The notes under the pieces were generated by a model that saw only the letters and a program-made list of their open reading frames with translations, did not search any database and was not told the origin of the DNA. A stretch of 64,000 nt of DNA from an uncultured Candidatus Binatia bacterium (lineage in GTDB: Bacteria; Desulfobacterota; Binatia; Bin18): contig OZ241744.1 of NCBI GenBank assembly GCA_965200965.1, positions 3,456,001 through 3,520,000 of the forward strand, in the 5' to 3' direction. The first letter of the stretch is position 1, and every line of letters starts with the position of its first letter. The position numbers were made by a program, and so were the translations under genes. Shown here piece by piece: positions 1 through 9,555 of this stretch.

Positions 1-63
1 CGGGCCACACCGATTCGGAAACGCACCAGCCACTTCACGGTTGTTGTTGACGAAGGAAAATAA
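1..63 (+). CDS. rplV: 50S ribosomal protein L22, C-terminal part (truncated by window edge)
   Basis: Frame 1 reads RATPIRKRTSHFTVVVDEGK*, the typical L22 C-terminus, directly upstream of rpsC. Confidence 0.9.
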   Translation, partial: RATPIRKRTSHFTVVVDEGK

Positions 64-72
64 GAGAAACGC

Positions 73-735
73 ATGGGCCAGAAAGTTCACCCCAAAGGAT
101 TTCGTCTTGGCGTGCTGGAGAGTTGGGAATCCCGCTGGTTTGCCGAGAAAGAATACGCCGACCTGTTGCACGAAGACCTCCGCCTCCGGTCCTTTATCAA
201 GAAGCGTCTCTACCACGCAGGTCTGGCCAAGATTGAGATCGAACGGGCGGCCAATAAAGCCAAAATCAATATCTATACCTCGCGGCCGGGTATCGTGATC
301 GGTAAAAAAGGGGCCGAGATTGATAAGCTCAAGTCGGAGTTGTCGGGTTTGACCGAGCGCGAGGTCTATCTCAATATCCACGAAGTGCGCCGGCCCGATC
401 TCGACGGTCAGCTCGTAGCTGAAAACGTGGCACTCCAACTCGAGCGCCGGGTCGCGTTCCGTCGGGCGATGAAAGAGAGCGTTGCGCGGACGATCCGGAT
501 GGGTGCCCAGGGAGTCAAGGTTCGGTGTTCGGGTCGGCTGGCCGGGGCGGAAATTGCTCGGACCGAATGGTACCGGGAGGGCCGCGTTCCCCTCCATACC
601 CTGCGGGCCGATATCAGCTATGGCACGGCAGAAGCCAAGACGACATACGGGATTATTGGGGTCAAGGTGTGGATTTTTCGCGGAGAGGTCCTCACCCGTG
701 AAGAGGAGCAGCAACGCAACGCGGTGGGTGCCTGA
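73..735 (+). CDS. rpsC: 30S ribosomal protein S3
   Basis: [13 protein letters not shown] start, KH-domain [22 protein letters not shown]. Confidence 0.99.
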   Translation: MGQKVHPKGFRLGVLESWESRWFAEKEYADLLHEDLRLRSFIKKRLYHAGLAKIEIERAANKAKINIYTSRPGIVIGKKGAEIDKLKSELSGLTEREVYLNIHEVRRPDLDGQLVAENVALQLERRVAFRRAMKESVARTIRMGAQGVKVRCSGRLAGAEIARTEWYREGRVPLHTLRADISYGTAEAKTTYGIIGVKVWIFRGEVLTREEEQQRNAVGA

Positions 736-768
736 AGCGATTCGGCCGAGGAAGAAGAGATTTGCTCA

Positions 769-1197
769 ATGCTTGCTCCCAAAAAAGTCCGATATCGGAA
801 ACACCACCGGGGAAAGATGCGCGGTACCGCAGGGCGCGGCAACTCCCTGGCTTTCGGAGAATACGGCTTACAATCAACCGAACTGGGCTGGATCACCGCC
901 CGCGAAATTGAGGCGGCCCGGATTGCGCTTACCCGCCATGCCCGACGTGGCGGGCAAATCTGGATCAGGGTCTTTCCCCACAAACCAGTAAGCAAAAAGC
1001 CCGCCGAAACCCGGATGGGAAAAGGCAAGGGCGGCCCGGAGTTCTGGGTTGCGGTGGTCAAGCCCGGCCATATGATATTTGAGATGGAAGGGGTGCCTGA
1101 AGAGCTTGCCCGCGAAGCCCTGCGGCTCGCCTCGCACAAGCTGTCGGTCGGCACCCAAATTCGAGACCGGAGTGAGACCCCCTATGCGAGCCAGTGA
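769..1197 (+). CDS. rplP: 50S ribosomal protein L16
   Basis: [20 protein letters not shown] motif, synteny. Confidence 0.99.
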   Translation: MLAPKKVRYRKHHRGKMRGTAGRGNSLAFGEYGLQSTELGWITAREIEAARIALTRHARRGGQIWIRVFPHKPVSKKPAETRMGKGKGGPEFWVAVVKPGHMIFEMEGVPEELAREALRLASHKLSVGTQIRDRSETPYASQ

Positions 1198-1396
1198 GAT
1201 ACGGGACTTCACAGAAGACGAGGCCCGCCAAAAAGAGCGCGAGCTGTCCGAAGAACTTTTCCGGCTCCGTATGCGAAAAGGGACCGGCCAGGTTGATAAC
1301 CCTATGCAGATACGCAAATTCCGCCGCGACTTGGCCCGGCTGAAAACCATTCAACACGAACGCGCGCGCGCTCAGGCCGGGCCGGCGGAAGAGTAG
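1184..1396 (+). CDS. rpmC: 50S ribosomal protein L29
   Basis: MRASEIRDF...ELFRLRM...RRDLARLKT; start reassigned to ATG 1184. Confidence 0.95.
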   Translation: MRASEIRDFTEDEARQKERELSEELFRLRMRKGTGQVDNPMQIRKFRRDLARLKTIQHERARAQAGPAEE

Positions 1397-1403
1397 GCAA
1401 ACC

Positions 1404-1661
1404 GTGGCTGGACATAGAAAAACACGCCAAGGAACCGTCGTCAGCGATAAGATGGACAAGACCGTCGTCGTGCGGGTAGAGCGCTTGGTGCAACACCCCA
1501 TGTACCGCAAATACGTCCGTCAGCGAAAAAAATATAAAGTGCATGACCCTGAGAACCGTTGTCGCTTTGGAGATCAGGTTTCCATTATTGAAACACGGCC
1601 GCTGAGCAGAGAGAAAAACTGGCGGGTTCAGACAATTCTCAGACCGGCAAAGGTGGATTGA
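1404..1661 (+). CDS. rpsQ: 30S ribosomal protein S17
   Basis: [28 protein letters not shown]. Confidence 0.98.
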   Translation: MAGHRKTRQGTVVSDKMDKTVVVRVERLVQHPMYRKYVRQRKKYKVHDPENRCRFGDQVSIIETRPLSREKNWRVQTILRPAKVD

Positions 1662-1679
1662 GGGATAAAGGAGTCCGGG

Positions 1680-2048
1680 ATGGTCCAGGTTGAAACCGTG
1701 CTTGATGTCGCCGATAACTCCGGCGCTCGTGCGGTCCGCTGTATCCGTGTCCTGGGCGGAACGCGGCGGCGCTACGCCTCTGTTGGTGATGAGATCATCG
1801 TTTCGGTGCGCGAGGCACAGCCCAACACCAAGGTCAAAAAGGGCGATATCATGCGCGCCGTCATTGTCAGGACAGCTAAGGAAATTGGGCGGCCAGACGG
1901 ATCGTATATCCGCTTTGATACAAACTCGGCGGTGTTGCTTGACAACCAACGTGAGCCGATTGGGACGCGTATTTTTGGGCCGGTCGCTCGGGAACTGCGC
2001 GCCAAGCGTTTTATGAAAATCATTTCGCTGGCCCCCGAGGTGCTCTAA
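1680..2048 (+). CDS. rplN: 50S ribosomal protein L14
   Basis: [26 protein letters not shown]. Confidence 0.99.
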   Translation: MVQVETVLDVADNSGARAVRCIRVLGGTRRRYASVGDEIIVSVREAQPNTKVKKGDIMRAVIVRTAKEIGRPDGSYIRFDTNSAVLLDNQREPIGTRIFGPVARELRAKRFMKIISLAPEVL

Positions 2049-2069
2049 GACGCACCCGAGAAGACACAC

Positions 2070-2609
2070 ATGGCACGCCTCAAAGACCTCTATCGCAACC
2101 AAGTGTTGTCTGCCCTCAAGCAAGAGTTGGGCTATCGCAATATCATGCAAGTCCCGCAGTTGAAAAAGATCGCCCTCAATATGGGTTTGGGAGACGCCGT
2201 CCAGAACGCCAAGCTGATCGAAAGCGGGGTGGCCGAGTTGAGCCTGATTGCCGGCCAGAAGCCGGTGGTGACAAAGGCCCATAAATCTATCGCCAATTTT
2301 AAACTGCGCGAGGGTACGCCTATTGGCTGTGCGGTGACCTTGCGTGGCGAGATGATGTACGAATTTTTTGACCGCCTCGTCAATGTCGCCCTGCCCCGGG
2401 TACGGGACTTTCGTGGCGTTTCTGACCGCGCTTTTGATGGGCGCGGCAACTACTCGCTGGGGATCCGGGAGCATACTATTTTTCCTGAGATTAATCTGGA
2501 TAAGGTTGAACAGGTCAAAGGCTTGACCGTCACCATGGTTACCTCGGCCCAGACCGACGCAGAGGGGCGTGCCCTGTTGCGGACCATGGGGATGCCCTTT
2601 CGGAGTTAA
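2070..2609 (+). CDS. rplE: 50S ribosomal protein L5
   Basis: [34 protein letters not shown]. Confidence 0.99.
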   Translation: MARLKDLYRNQVLSALKQELGYRNIMQVPQLKKIALNMGLGDAVQNAKLIESGVAELSLIAGQKPVVTKAHKSIANFKLREGTPIGCAVTLRGEMMYEFFDRLVNVALPRVRDFRGVSDRAFDGRGNYSLGIREHTIFPEINLDKVEQVKGLTVTMVTSAQTDAEGRALLRTMGMPFRS

Positions 2610-2610
2610 T

Positions 2611-2796
2611 ATGGCGCGTACATGTCTGCGGATAAAAGCTGAACGCAAACCACGATTCAAGGTCCGCCAGTACAACCGCTGTCCCTTATGTGGACGCTCG
2701 CGCGGTTTTTATCGGCGCTTTCAGATGTGCCGCCTATGTCTGCGGGATCTGGCGCTGATAGGACAGATCCCTGGACTGACCAAGGCCAGTTGGTAG
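2611..2796 (+). CDS. rpsN: 30S ribosomal protein S14 (zinc-binding type Z, 61 aa)
   Basis: MARTC...YNRCPLCGR...MCRLCLR...IPGLTKASW; start at ATG 2611. Confidence 0.97.
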   Translation: MARTCLRIKAERKPRFKVRQYNRCPLCGRSRGFYRRFQMCRLCLRDLALIGQIPGLTKASW

Positions 2797-2804
2797 AGGA
2801 AGGT

Positions 2805-3200
2805 ATGATCGCAGACCCGATTGCAGACATGTTGACCTGTATGCGGAACGCGCTGCATGCACGCAAAGAGCGTGTGGATTTTCCTTGGTCGCACATCAAG
2901 GAGGCGATCGCGGCGGTGATGAAGCAGGAAGGCTATATTACCGACATGAGCACTGTCCAAGACGGTCCCCGCCGGATATTGCGGGTTCAGCTCAAATACG
3001 ACGCGGGCAGTCGTCCGGCCTTGCTCGGACTGCAGCGCGTGAGTAAACCGAGCCTGCGCAAATACGTTGGAGCGGGCGAGATTGCTCTGGTGCGCAACGG
3101 CCTTGGGGTCAGTATTCTCTCGACCTCACATGGCGTACTTGTCGATCGTGAGGCGCGCAAACGGCACCTTGGCGGGGAGATCTTGTGCAGTCTGTGGTAA
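2805..3200 (+). CDS. rpsH: 30S ribosomal protein S8
   Basis: DPIADMLT, RVSKPSLRKY, ILSTSHG, GGEILC; start ATG 2805. Confidence 0.98.
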   Translation: MIADPIADMLTCMRNALHARKERVDFPWSHIKEAIAAVMKQEGYITDMSTVQDGPRRILRVQLKYDAGSRPALLGLQRVSKPSLRKYVGAGEIALVRNGLGVSILSTSHGVLVDREARKRHLGGEILCSLW

Positions 3201-3219
3201 AGCGGAAGAGAGGAGCGTC

Positions 3220-3768
3220 ATGCCGGGTATTGGACGTTGGCCCGTGCCTGTTCCGGACTCAGTAAGAGTGTATGAACACGCTGGAACTGTGACTGCCGAA
3301 GGCCCAAAAGGTAAACTGGACTTCAGCGTTGACCCCTGCCTGTCTGTCCAGATCACGCCGGGACAGGTGACGATAAGGCGTCAGGACGACTCCCGCAAAG
3401 CCAAAGCCCTGCATGGTCTGACGCGGAAGTTGATTGCTAATATGGTCCAGGGCGTGAGCAGCGGGTTTTCGCGTATGCTCGAGGTCAACGGCGTAGGGTA
3501 TCGGGCCGAGAGCACGGACGATAGCATCGCCTTCACCCTTGGCTATTCTCACCCCATTATCTTTCAGCTGCCCCCGGGTATTCGGGCCAAGATTGAGCGA
3601 CAGACCGAGATCACACTTGAAGGGATTGATAAACAACTGTTGGGCGAGGTCGCGGCCGCCATTCGCCGCCTCCGTCCGCCCGAACCGTATAAAGGCAAAG
3701 GCATCAAATACGCAGAAGAGCGAATTCGGAGAAAAGCCGGCAAAACTGCCGCCGGAGGAGCGCAATAG
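3220..3768 (+). CDS. rplF: 50S ribosomal protein L6
   Basis: GPKG, GVGYRA, LGYSHP, RPPEPYKGKGI; AGGAG SD before ATG 3220. Confidence 0.98.
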   Translation: MPGIGRWPVPVPDSVRVYEHAGTVTAEGPKGKLDFSVDPCLSVQITPGQVTIRRQDDSRKAKALHGLTRKLIANMVQGVSSGFSRMLEVNGVGYRAESTDDSIAFTLGYSHPIIFQLPPGIRAKIERQTEITLEGIDKQLLGEVAAAIRRLRPPEPYKGKGIKYAEERIRRKAGKTAAGGAQ

Positions 3769-3772
3769 GACG

Positions 3773-4138
3773 ATGGCGCGGACACATATCCGGGAACACG
3801 GCAGACTGATCCGGAAAAAGCGGGTTCGTCGAGGCGTGCGAGGAACAGACAAGCGTCCTCGTTTGAGCGTCTACCGGAGCAGCAAACACCTGTATGTCCA
3901 GGTGATTTCCGACCAGAGTGGGCACACCCTGCTAGCCGCCTCAACCCTGTCGAAGGAGTTTGACCAAACCAGGAAAGCCGCCGACATTGATGCGGCCAAG
4001 GAAGTTGGGATGCTGATTGCCCGCAAGTGCCACGAACGGGGTATTGAACGCGTTGTTTTTGACCGCAACGGCTTTCGGTACCACGGACGAATTCGGGCGG
4101 TTGCCGAAGCCGCCCGCGAGGCTGGATTGCAATTCTAA
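3773..4138 (+). CDS. rplR: 50S ribosomal protein L18
   Basis: [31 protein letters not shown]. Confidence 0.98.
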   Translation: MARTHIREHGRLIRKKRVRRGVRGTDKRPRLSVYRSSKHLYVQVISDQSGHTLLAASTLSKEFDQTRKAADIDAAKEVGMLIARKCHERGIERVVFDRNGFRYHGRIRAVAEAAREAGLQF

Positions 4139-4148
4139 GGAGCAGAGT

Positions 4149-4670
4149 GTGACTCCCGCTGATGAACGAATCAATGCCGATAAACTCGATATTAAAGAGC
4201 GTGTTGTCCATATCAACCGGGTCAGCAAGGTGGTCAAAGGAGGGCGGCGCTTCAGCTTCAGCGCGGTTGTCGTGGCTGGGGACGGAGAGGGTCATGTCGG
4301 CTATGGACTCGGAAAGGCGCATGAAGTTCCGGAAGCCATTCGCAAAGGGGTGGAAAAGGCAAAAAAAGCGTTGATTCATGTGCCGCTCATTGAGGGAACG
4401 CTGCCCTGCGAGGTGATTGGCCGACACGGAGCCGGACGGGTCCTGTTGAAACCGGCTTCACCGGGGACCGGCCTGATCGCCGGCGGTGGAGTCCGAGCTG
4501 TCATGGAACTGGCCGGGGTGCGCAACGCGCTCACAAAATGCCTGGGCTCCACTAACTCTCACAACTCGGTCCGGGCTACCCTGGAAGCGTTGCGTAGTCT
4601 GGCCCTGCCCGAACAGGTTGCCGAACGTCTGGGAAAGAGCGTTAGGGAATTACAGGGCGAAGTGTTATGA
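4149..4670 (+). CDS. rpsE: 30S ribosomal protein S5
   Basis: [28 protein letters not shown]; GTG start after AAGGAG. Confidence 0.97.
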   Translation: MTPADERINADKLDIKERVVHINRVSKVVKGGRRFSFSAVVVAGDGEGHVGYGLGKAHEVPEAIRKGVEKAKKALIHVPLIEGTLPCEVIGRHGAGRVLLKPASPGTGLIAGGGVRAVMELAGVRNALTKCLGSTNSHNSVRATLEALRSLALPEQVAERLGKSVRELQGEVL

Positions 4671-4864
4671 GTGAAACACCGGCCGTGCTGGAAATTACGC
4701 TCAAGCGGAGCGGGATCGGTCGCACCCGTCGCCAACGTGAGACGCTGCGTGGTCTTGGCCTGACTCGCCGAGAAAAGACCGTAGTACGCAACAATTCACC
4801 CTCACTGCAGGGCATGATTCGAAAGGTCCATCATCTTATTGAGGTACGGGCGCATGGATCTTAG
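4667..4864 (+). CDS. rpmD: 50S ribosomal protein L30
   Basis: ITLKRSGIG...TLRGLGL...[10 protein letters not shown]. Confidence 0.96.
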   Translation: MSETPAVLEITLKRSGIGRTRRQRETLRGLGLTRREKTVVRNNSPSLQGMIRKVHHLIEVRAHGS

Positions 4865-5291
4865 TCATCTCAAACCGGCCGCCGGGTCAACAAAAAACCG
4901 CAAACGGATCGGCCGTGGGCCCGGCTCGGGTCAGGGCAAGACCGCTGGGCGGGGCCATAAGGGCGAGGGCTCGCGCTCCGGGGCCACGCTGTCGCCCGGC
5001 TATGAGGGCGGTCAAATGCCGCTTGCTCGACGCCTGCCCAAGCGTGGGTTTCATAACCCGTTTCGGACCGAGTATCAGGTCGTCAACCTGCGGAGTCTCG
5101 AACGTTTTGAGGCGGGAACGCGCGTTGACGCCGAGGTGCTGCGCCGGTCGGGCTTGGTTCGGGGCAAGAAAAAGATCAAAATCTTGGCAAACGGCGAGCT
5201 CGCCAAAGCGTTGACCGTTAGAGCCGACGCCTTTAGCCGACAGGCGCGGGAGAAAATCACCGCTGCCGGAGGAGTGGCTGAGGTCGGATAA
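4854..5291 (+). CDS. rplO: 50S ribosomal protein L15
   Basis: [28 protein letters not shown]. Confidence 0.98.
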   Translation: MDLSHLKPAAGSTKNRKRIGRGPGSGQGKTAGRGHKGEGSRSGATLSPGYEGGQMPLARRLPKRGFHNPFRTEYQVVNLRSLERFEAGTRVDAEVLRRSGLVRGKKKIKILANGELAKALTVRADAFSRQAREKITAAGGVAEVG

Positions 5292-5293
5292 TC

Positions 5294-6604
5294 ATGCTCG
5301 AAGGTTTTCAAAACGCTGCCAAAATTGCAGAACTGCGCCGCCGCCTGTTTTTCACCCTGGGCATGTTGGCGGTGTACCGCATTGGTGTGGCTATCCCCAC
5401 GCCGGGCATTGACGGAGAAGCGCTGGCCACCTTTTTTGAACAAGCGGCGAGCAGCGTCTTTGGTCTGGTCAATCTCTTCTCCGGCGGAGCCCTGGAGCGC
5501 TTTTCAATCTTTGCGCTGGGCATTATGCCCTACATCAGCGCTTCCATCATCCTGCAACTCCTGACCGTCGTAGTTCCAACCCTCGAACGCCTGTCCAAGG
5601 AGGGTGAGCTGGGCCGACGAAAAATCACCCAGTACACGCGCTACAGTACAGTTGGGCTGTCGCTGCTGCAAAGCTTTTTCATCAGCGTCGGCCTGGAGCA
5701 GATCCAGGCTCCGGGCGGCAGTTCGGTGGTATTTGAGCCCGGTTGGGGGTTCCGCATCATGGCCATGATTACTCTCACCGCTGGCACGGCTTTTATCATG
5801 TGGTTGGGCGAGCAGATTACCGAGCGGGGCATTGGCAACGGTATCTCCCTGGTCATTTTTGCCGGTATCGTGGCCAGTATTCCCTCAGCGGTGACCGCGA
5901 CCACCGAATTTGTACGCGAGGGCGAACTGGGTATTCTGACCGTGGTCCTGCTGCTGGTGGGCATGGTGGCCATCGTTGGGGCGGTGATCTTCATGGAACG
6001 CTCCCAGCGTCGCATCCCGGTTCAGTACGCAAAACGGATGGTCGGGCGAAAGGTTTACGGTGGTCAGAGTTCGCATTTGCCGCTGAAGATCAATACCGCT
6101 GGGGTCATTCCGCCGATTTTCGCCTCTTCTGTTCTCATCTTTCCGGTGACCATAGCCGGATTCTCCGAGCATCCGTGGGCGCAAACCGTGGCTGATATCC
6201 TGGCTCCGGGGAGCGCGCTCTACAATCTGGCGTATGTCGCCATGATTATCTTCTTCTGTTATTTTTATACCGCGGTGGTCTTTAACCCCACCGATGTTGC
6301 CGACAACATGAAGAAATATGGGGGGTTTATCCCTGGTATTCGACCGGGCCAGCGGACGGCCGAGTACATTGACCGGGTGCTGAGTCGCATCACCCTTAGC
6401 GGCGCAATCTATGTGGCCATTATTTGCGTGATTCCCAATCTGCTGATCAGTTCCTTTAACGTGCCCTTCTTCTTTGGCGGCACAGCGCTGCTGATTGTCG
6501 TTGGTGTTGCCCTCGATACGGTGGGCCAGATGGAAACCCAGATCATGATGCGGAACTATGACGGGTTTATGAAACGGGGCCGCATTCGGGGCCGAAGAGG
6601 ATAG
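5294..6604 (+). CDS. secY: Preprotein translocase subunit SecY
   Basis: SIFALGIMPYISASII, WLGEQITERGIGNGISL, multiple TM helices. Confidence 0.99.
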   Translation: MLEGFQNAAKIAELRRRLFFTLGMLAVYRIGVAIPTPGIDGEALATFFEQAASSVFGLVNLFSGGALERFSIFALGIMPYISASIILQLLTVVVPTLERLSKEGELGRRKITQYTRYSTVGLSLLQSFFISVGLEQIQAPGGSSVVFEPGWGFRIMAMITLTAGTAFIMWLGEQITERGIGNGISLVIFAGIVASIPSAVTATTEFVREGELGILTVVLLLVGMVAIVGAVIFMERSQRRIPVQYAKRMVGRKVYGGQSSHLPLKINTAGVIPPIFASSVLIFPVTIAGFSEHPWAQTVADILAPGSALYNLAYVAMIIFFCYFYTAVVFNPTDVADNMKKYGGFIPGIRPGQRTAEYIDRVLSRITLSGAIYVAIICVIPNLLISSFNVPFFFGGTALLIVVGVALDTVGQMETQIMMRNYDGFMKRGRIRGRRG

Positions 6605-6625
6605 GCACGGTCCGCACCCCCCATT

Positions 6626-7393
6626 ATGATCTTCCTCAAGTCGCCACACGAAATCGCACTCATGCGCAAAGCCAACCGGATCGTGAGCGAGGTCCTGGCG
6701 GAGTTACGGGAAGAGGTGCGGCCCGGCGTCTCCACAGGCGACCTCGATCGCCGGGCCGCGGAGTTGATTCGGAAAAAGGGGGTGCGGTCCGCCTTCAAAG
6801 GCTATACCATGCGGAACGGAGCCGTGCCGTTTCCGGCCACGATCTGCGTGTCGATAAACGACGAGGTGGTGCATGGGATTCCGCAGAACACCCGGATCAT
6901 CCACGACGGCGACTTGGTGAGTCTTGACTTTGGCGTCATCTTTGAGGAGTTTTATGGGGACGCTGCTATCTCCTTCGTGCTTGGCTCCGGCCAGGAGCGG
7001 GTCCACAAACTCCTGACCACAACGGCCGAGTCGCTTGAAGCAGGCATCGCCCAGGCCCAGGTCGGCAACCGGCTCGGCGATGTGTCAGCCGCAATCCAGG
7101 AGCGCGTTGAACGGGCGGACTTTTCCATTGTGCGTGAGTTTGTCGGCCACGGTGTAGGGCGACGCCTGCATGAGGACCCTGCCGTGCCCAACTATGGCCC
7201 AAGAAATCGCGGGGTTCGTCTCCGCGAGGGCATGGTTCTGGCCATTGAACCTATGGTCACGATGGGACGGGCGGAGGTTACGATGAAAGACGACGGCTGG
7301 ACTGCGGTGACACAAGACGGCAGCTTGTCGGCTCATGTTGAGCACTCGATTGCAATTACCGAGCGTGGGCCACAGGTCCTGAGCCAACTCTAA
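6626..7393 (+). CDS. map: Type I methionine aminopeptidase
   Basis: SINDEVVHGIP, GHGVG, AIEPM, SAHVEH. Confidence 0.98.
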   Translation: MIFLKSPHEIALMRKANRIVSEVLAELREEVRPGVSTGDLDRRAAELIRKKGVRSAFKGYTMRNGAVPFPATICVSINDEVVHGIPQNTRIIHDGDLVSLDFGVIFEEFYGDAAISFVLGSGQERVHKLLTTTAESLEAGIAQAQVGNRLGDVSAAIQERVERADFSIVREFVGHGVGRRLHEDPAVPNYGPRNRGVRLREGMVLAIEPMVTMGRAEVTMKDDGWTAVTQDGSLSAHVEHSIAITERGPQVLSQL

Positions 7394-7401
7394 GATCGTC
7401 A

Positions 7402-7448
7402 AGGTGAATCATCTTGCCTTCCTCTCGACCGGCTAAGATGATTCACCT
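7402..7448 (+). other. 14-bp perfect inverted repeat (hairpin) upstream of rpmJ
   Basis: AGGTGAATCATCTT (7402-7415) / AAGATGATTCACCT (7435-7448). Confidence 0.7.
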
Positions 7449-7465
7449 GTAGGGAGGAGGCGTGT

Positions 7466-7579
7466 ATGAAGGTTCGGGCCTCAGTCAAAAAGATGTGTCG
7501 GAAGTGCAAGCTGATTCGCCGCTTTGGAAAAGTGCGCGTTATTTGTGAGAATCCGCGCCACAAACAACACCAGGGCTAG
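7466..7579 (+). CDS. rpmJ: 50S ribosomal protein L36 (not in ORF track)
   Basis: Hand translation [37 protein letters not shown]; GGAGG SD. Confidence 0.97.
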   Translation: MKVRASVKKMCRKCKLIRRFGKVRVICENPRHKQHQG

Positions 7580-7605
7580 CACCGGCGAGGACAGGGAGAA
7601 GAACT

Positions 7606-7986
7606 ATGGCACGAGTCGCCGGGATCGAATTGCCCCGGAATAAGCGGATCGAAATCGGTCTGACCTACATCCACGGAATTGGCCGCAAGACGGCAGCCGA
7701 CATCCTTGCTGCGGCCAGTGTCCCACCGGAGCGGAACACCGATGAGTTAAGCGATGATGAGGTCGCCACTATTCGCCGTGTTCTTGAGGAAAGCTATCGG
7801 GTTGAGGGCGACCTGCGCCGGGACGTGACCGGGAATATCAAGCGCTACATTGATATCGGCTCTCACCGGGGCATCCGTCACCGCAAGAACCTGCCGGTCC
7901 GAGGCCAGCGGACCAAGACAAACTCGCGGACGCGGAAAGGCCCGAAACGTACGGTGGCTGGGAAAAAGCAGGTGCCGGCCCGCTAG
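7606..7986 (+). CDS. rpsM: 30S ribosomal protein S13
   Basis: [24 protein letters not shown]. Confidence 0.99.
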   Translation: MARVAGIELPRNKRIEIGLTYIHGIGRKTAADILAAASVPPERNTDELSDDEVATIRRVLEESYRVEGDLRRDVTGNIKRYIDIGSHRGIRHRKNLPVRGQRTKTNSRTRKGPKRTVAGKKQVPAR

Positions 7987-8011
7987 TCCGCAGTTGTAAG
8001 GAGAACATGGC

Positions 8012-8410
8012 ATGGCCAGAGCCGGCGAGCGTGCTTCGACACGCAGGAAACGCATTAAGCGGTCTGTCCCGGAAGGTGTCGTTCACATCTACTCAACCTT
8101 CAACAACACCATTGTGACCATCACCGACACCCAGGGGAACTCCGTAGCCTGGGCCAGCTCGGGCAGTGTGGGCTTCAAAGGCTCACGCAAAGGCACCCCG
8201 TATGCCGCCCAAATGGCGGCTGAAAGCGCGGCTCGGAAAGCGGCTGATGCCGGGATGCGTTCCGTTCAGGTGCATGTAAAGGGACCAGGGGCGGGGCGGG
8301 AATCGGCCCTGCGCTCGCTTCAAGCCACCGGGTTTGCCGTAAGCGTCATCCGGGATGTCACCCCGATTCCGCATAATGGGTGCCGTCCTCCAAAACAGCG
8401 GCGGGTATGA
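8012..8410 (+). CDS. rpsK: 30S ribosomal protein S11
   Basis: [38 protein letters not shown]. Confidence 0.99.
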   Translation: MARAGERASTRRKRIKRSVPEGVVHIYSTFNNTIVTITDTQGNSVAWASSGSVGFKGSRKGTPYAAQMAAESAARKAADAGMRSVQVHVKGPGAGRESALRSLQATGFAVSVIRDVTPIPHNGCRPPKQRRV

Positions 8411-8519
8411 GACGGCTGAGGAAGACAGGCGAGTCACAGGGCACAGGGCAAAACCCATACGGGAGAGAGTGAGCTACCCCTAAGCTCCCCACCGAGGTAT
8501 ACGGAAGCTGGAGGATTTT

Positions 8520-9152
8520 GTGGCGCGATACAGCGGGCCAGTCTGTCGCCTGTGCAGGCGAGAGGGAATTAAGCTCTTCCTCAAGGGAGAGCGCTGCTAT
8601 ACTGATAAGTGTGCGATAGAACGGCGGAGTTATCCGCCGGGACAGCACGGCCAGGGACGGGGGCGGAAGGCAACCGAGTATAGTATCCAGTTGCGCGAGA
8701 AGCAAAAGCTCAAACGCATCTACGGAGCCCTGGAGAAGCCCTTTCGGCGAATGTTCTCCTTAGCCGAACGCCAACATGGCGTCACTGGAGAGAATCTGCT
8801 GTTGCTCTTAGAGCGCCGTCTTGACAATACGGTGTACCGGATGGGATTTGCGACCTCCCGCTCAGAAGCTAGGCAGCTCGTCCAGCACGGCCACTTTCTG
8901 GTCAACAACCGTCGCGTGACCATCCCCTCCTACATGGTCGCCGTCGGTGATGAGGTCCAGGTCCGGGAGACCAGTCGCAAAATCACCCGTATCCAGGAAG
9001 CGGCCGAGTTGGCCCAACGCCGCGGCGTGCCAGAATGGCTAGAGGTTGAGAAGGATACATTTGTTGGCAAAATGAAAGCTCTTCCCGAACGAGCCGAGCT
9101 CACCGTTCCGGTCAACGAACAACTGATTGTTGAGCTCTACTCAAAGGTCTAG
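8520..9152 (+). CDS. rpsD: 30S ribosomal protein S4
   Basis: [36 protein letters not shown]. Confidence 0.99.
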   Translation: MARYSGPVCRLCRREGIKLFLKGERCYTDKCAIERRSYPPGQHGQGRGRKATEYSIQLREKQKLKRIYGALEKPFRRMFSLAERQHGVTGENLLLLLERRLDNTVYRMGFATSRSEARQLVQHGHFLVNNRRVTIPSYMVAVGDEVQVRETSRKITRIQEAAELAQRRGVPEWLEVEKDTFVGKMKALPERAELTVPVNEQLIVELYSKV

Positions 9153-9172
9153 CGTCACGGTGACGGGGTATT

Positions 9173-9385
9173 ATGACATCTCTGACTTTCTTTGTAGCGG
9201 CGTCGCTGCTCGCATACTACCTTCAGTTACTCCTGATCGGTGGTAGACTGTTCATGATGCATCGAGCCGGCCTGCGACGCGATCGGCAACTTGATGTCAT
9301 GGAGGCCGGGTCGCAGGCACGGTCTCGCGCTTTGGACGAGCAGACTCAGTTATTGCGCGAGGCGACTCAGTCGCTAGCGGAGTAG
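9173..9385 (+). CDS. Small hypothetical protein, one predicted N-terminal TM helix (inserted in alpha operon)
   Basis: 70-aa ATG ORF with hydrophobic N-terminus right after rpsD; no recognisable family. Confidence 0.45.
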   Translation: MTSLTFFVAASLLAYYLQLLLIGGRLFMMHRAGLRRDRQLDVMEAGSQARSRALDEQTQLLREATQSLAE

Positions 9386-9555
9386 AACCGGTCATTGGAG
9401 AGCCGGGTGCTGGGAGAGCTACTGCGGCGGACGGGATAACTGAAACGGCCGGGTTGTTTGATCAGCCCCGTATGTTAACGCCAAAACGGCGGTTCGGTGC
9501 TATTGCCGCCGCATAATCTGTATGGGCGACACCACGACAGCGGAGGAACATCTCT

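Noticed and set aside
1302-2675. 457-aa minus-strand ORF and similar long antisense ORFs (e.g. 18112-19866, 11976-12956)
   Set aside because: Antisense shadows of conserved genes, expected in GC-rich DNA
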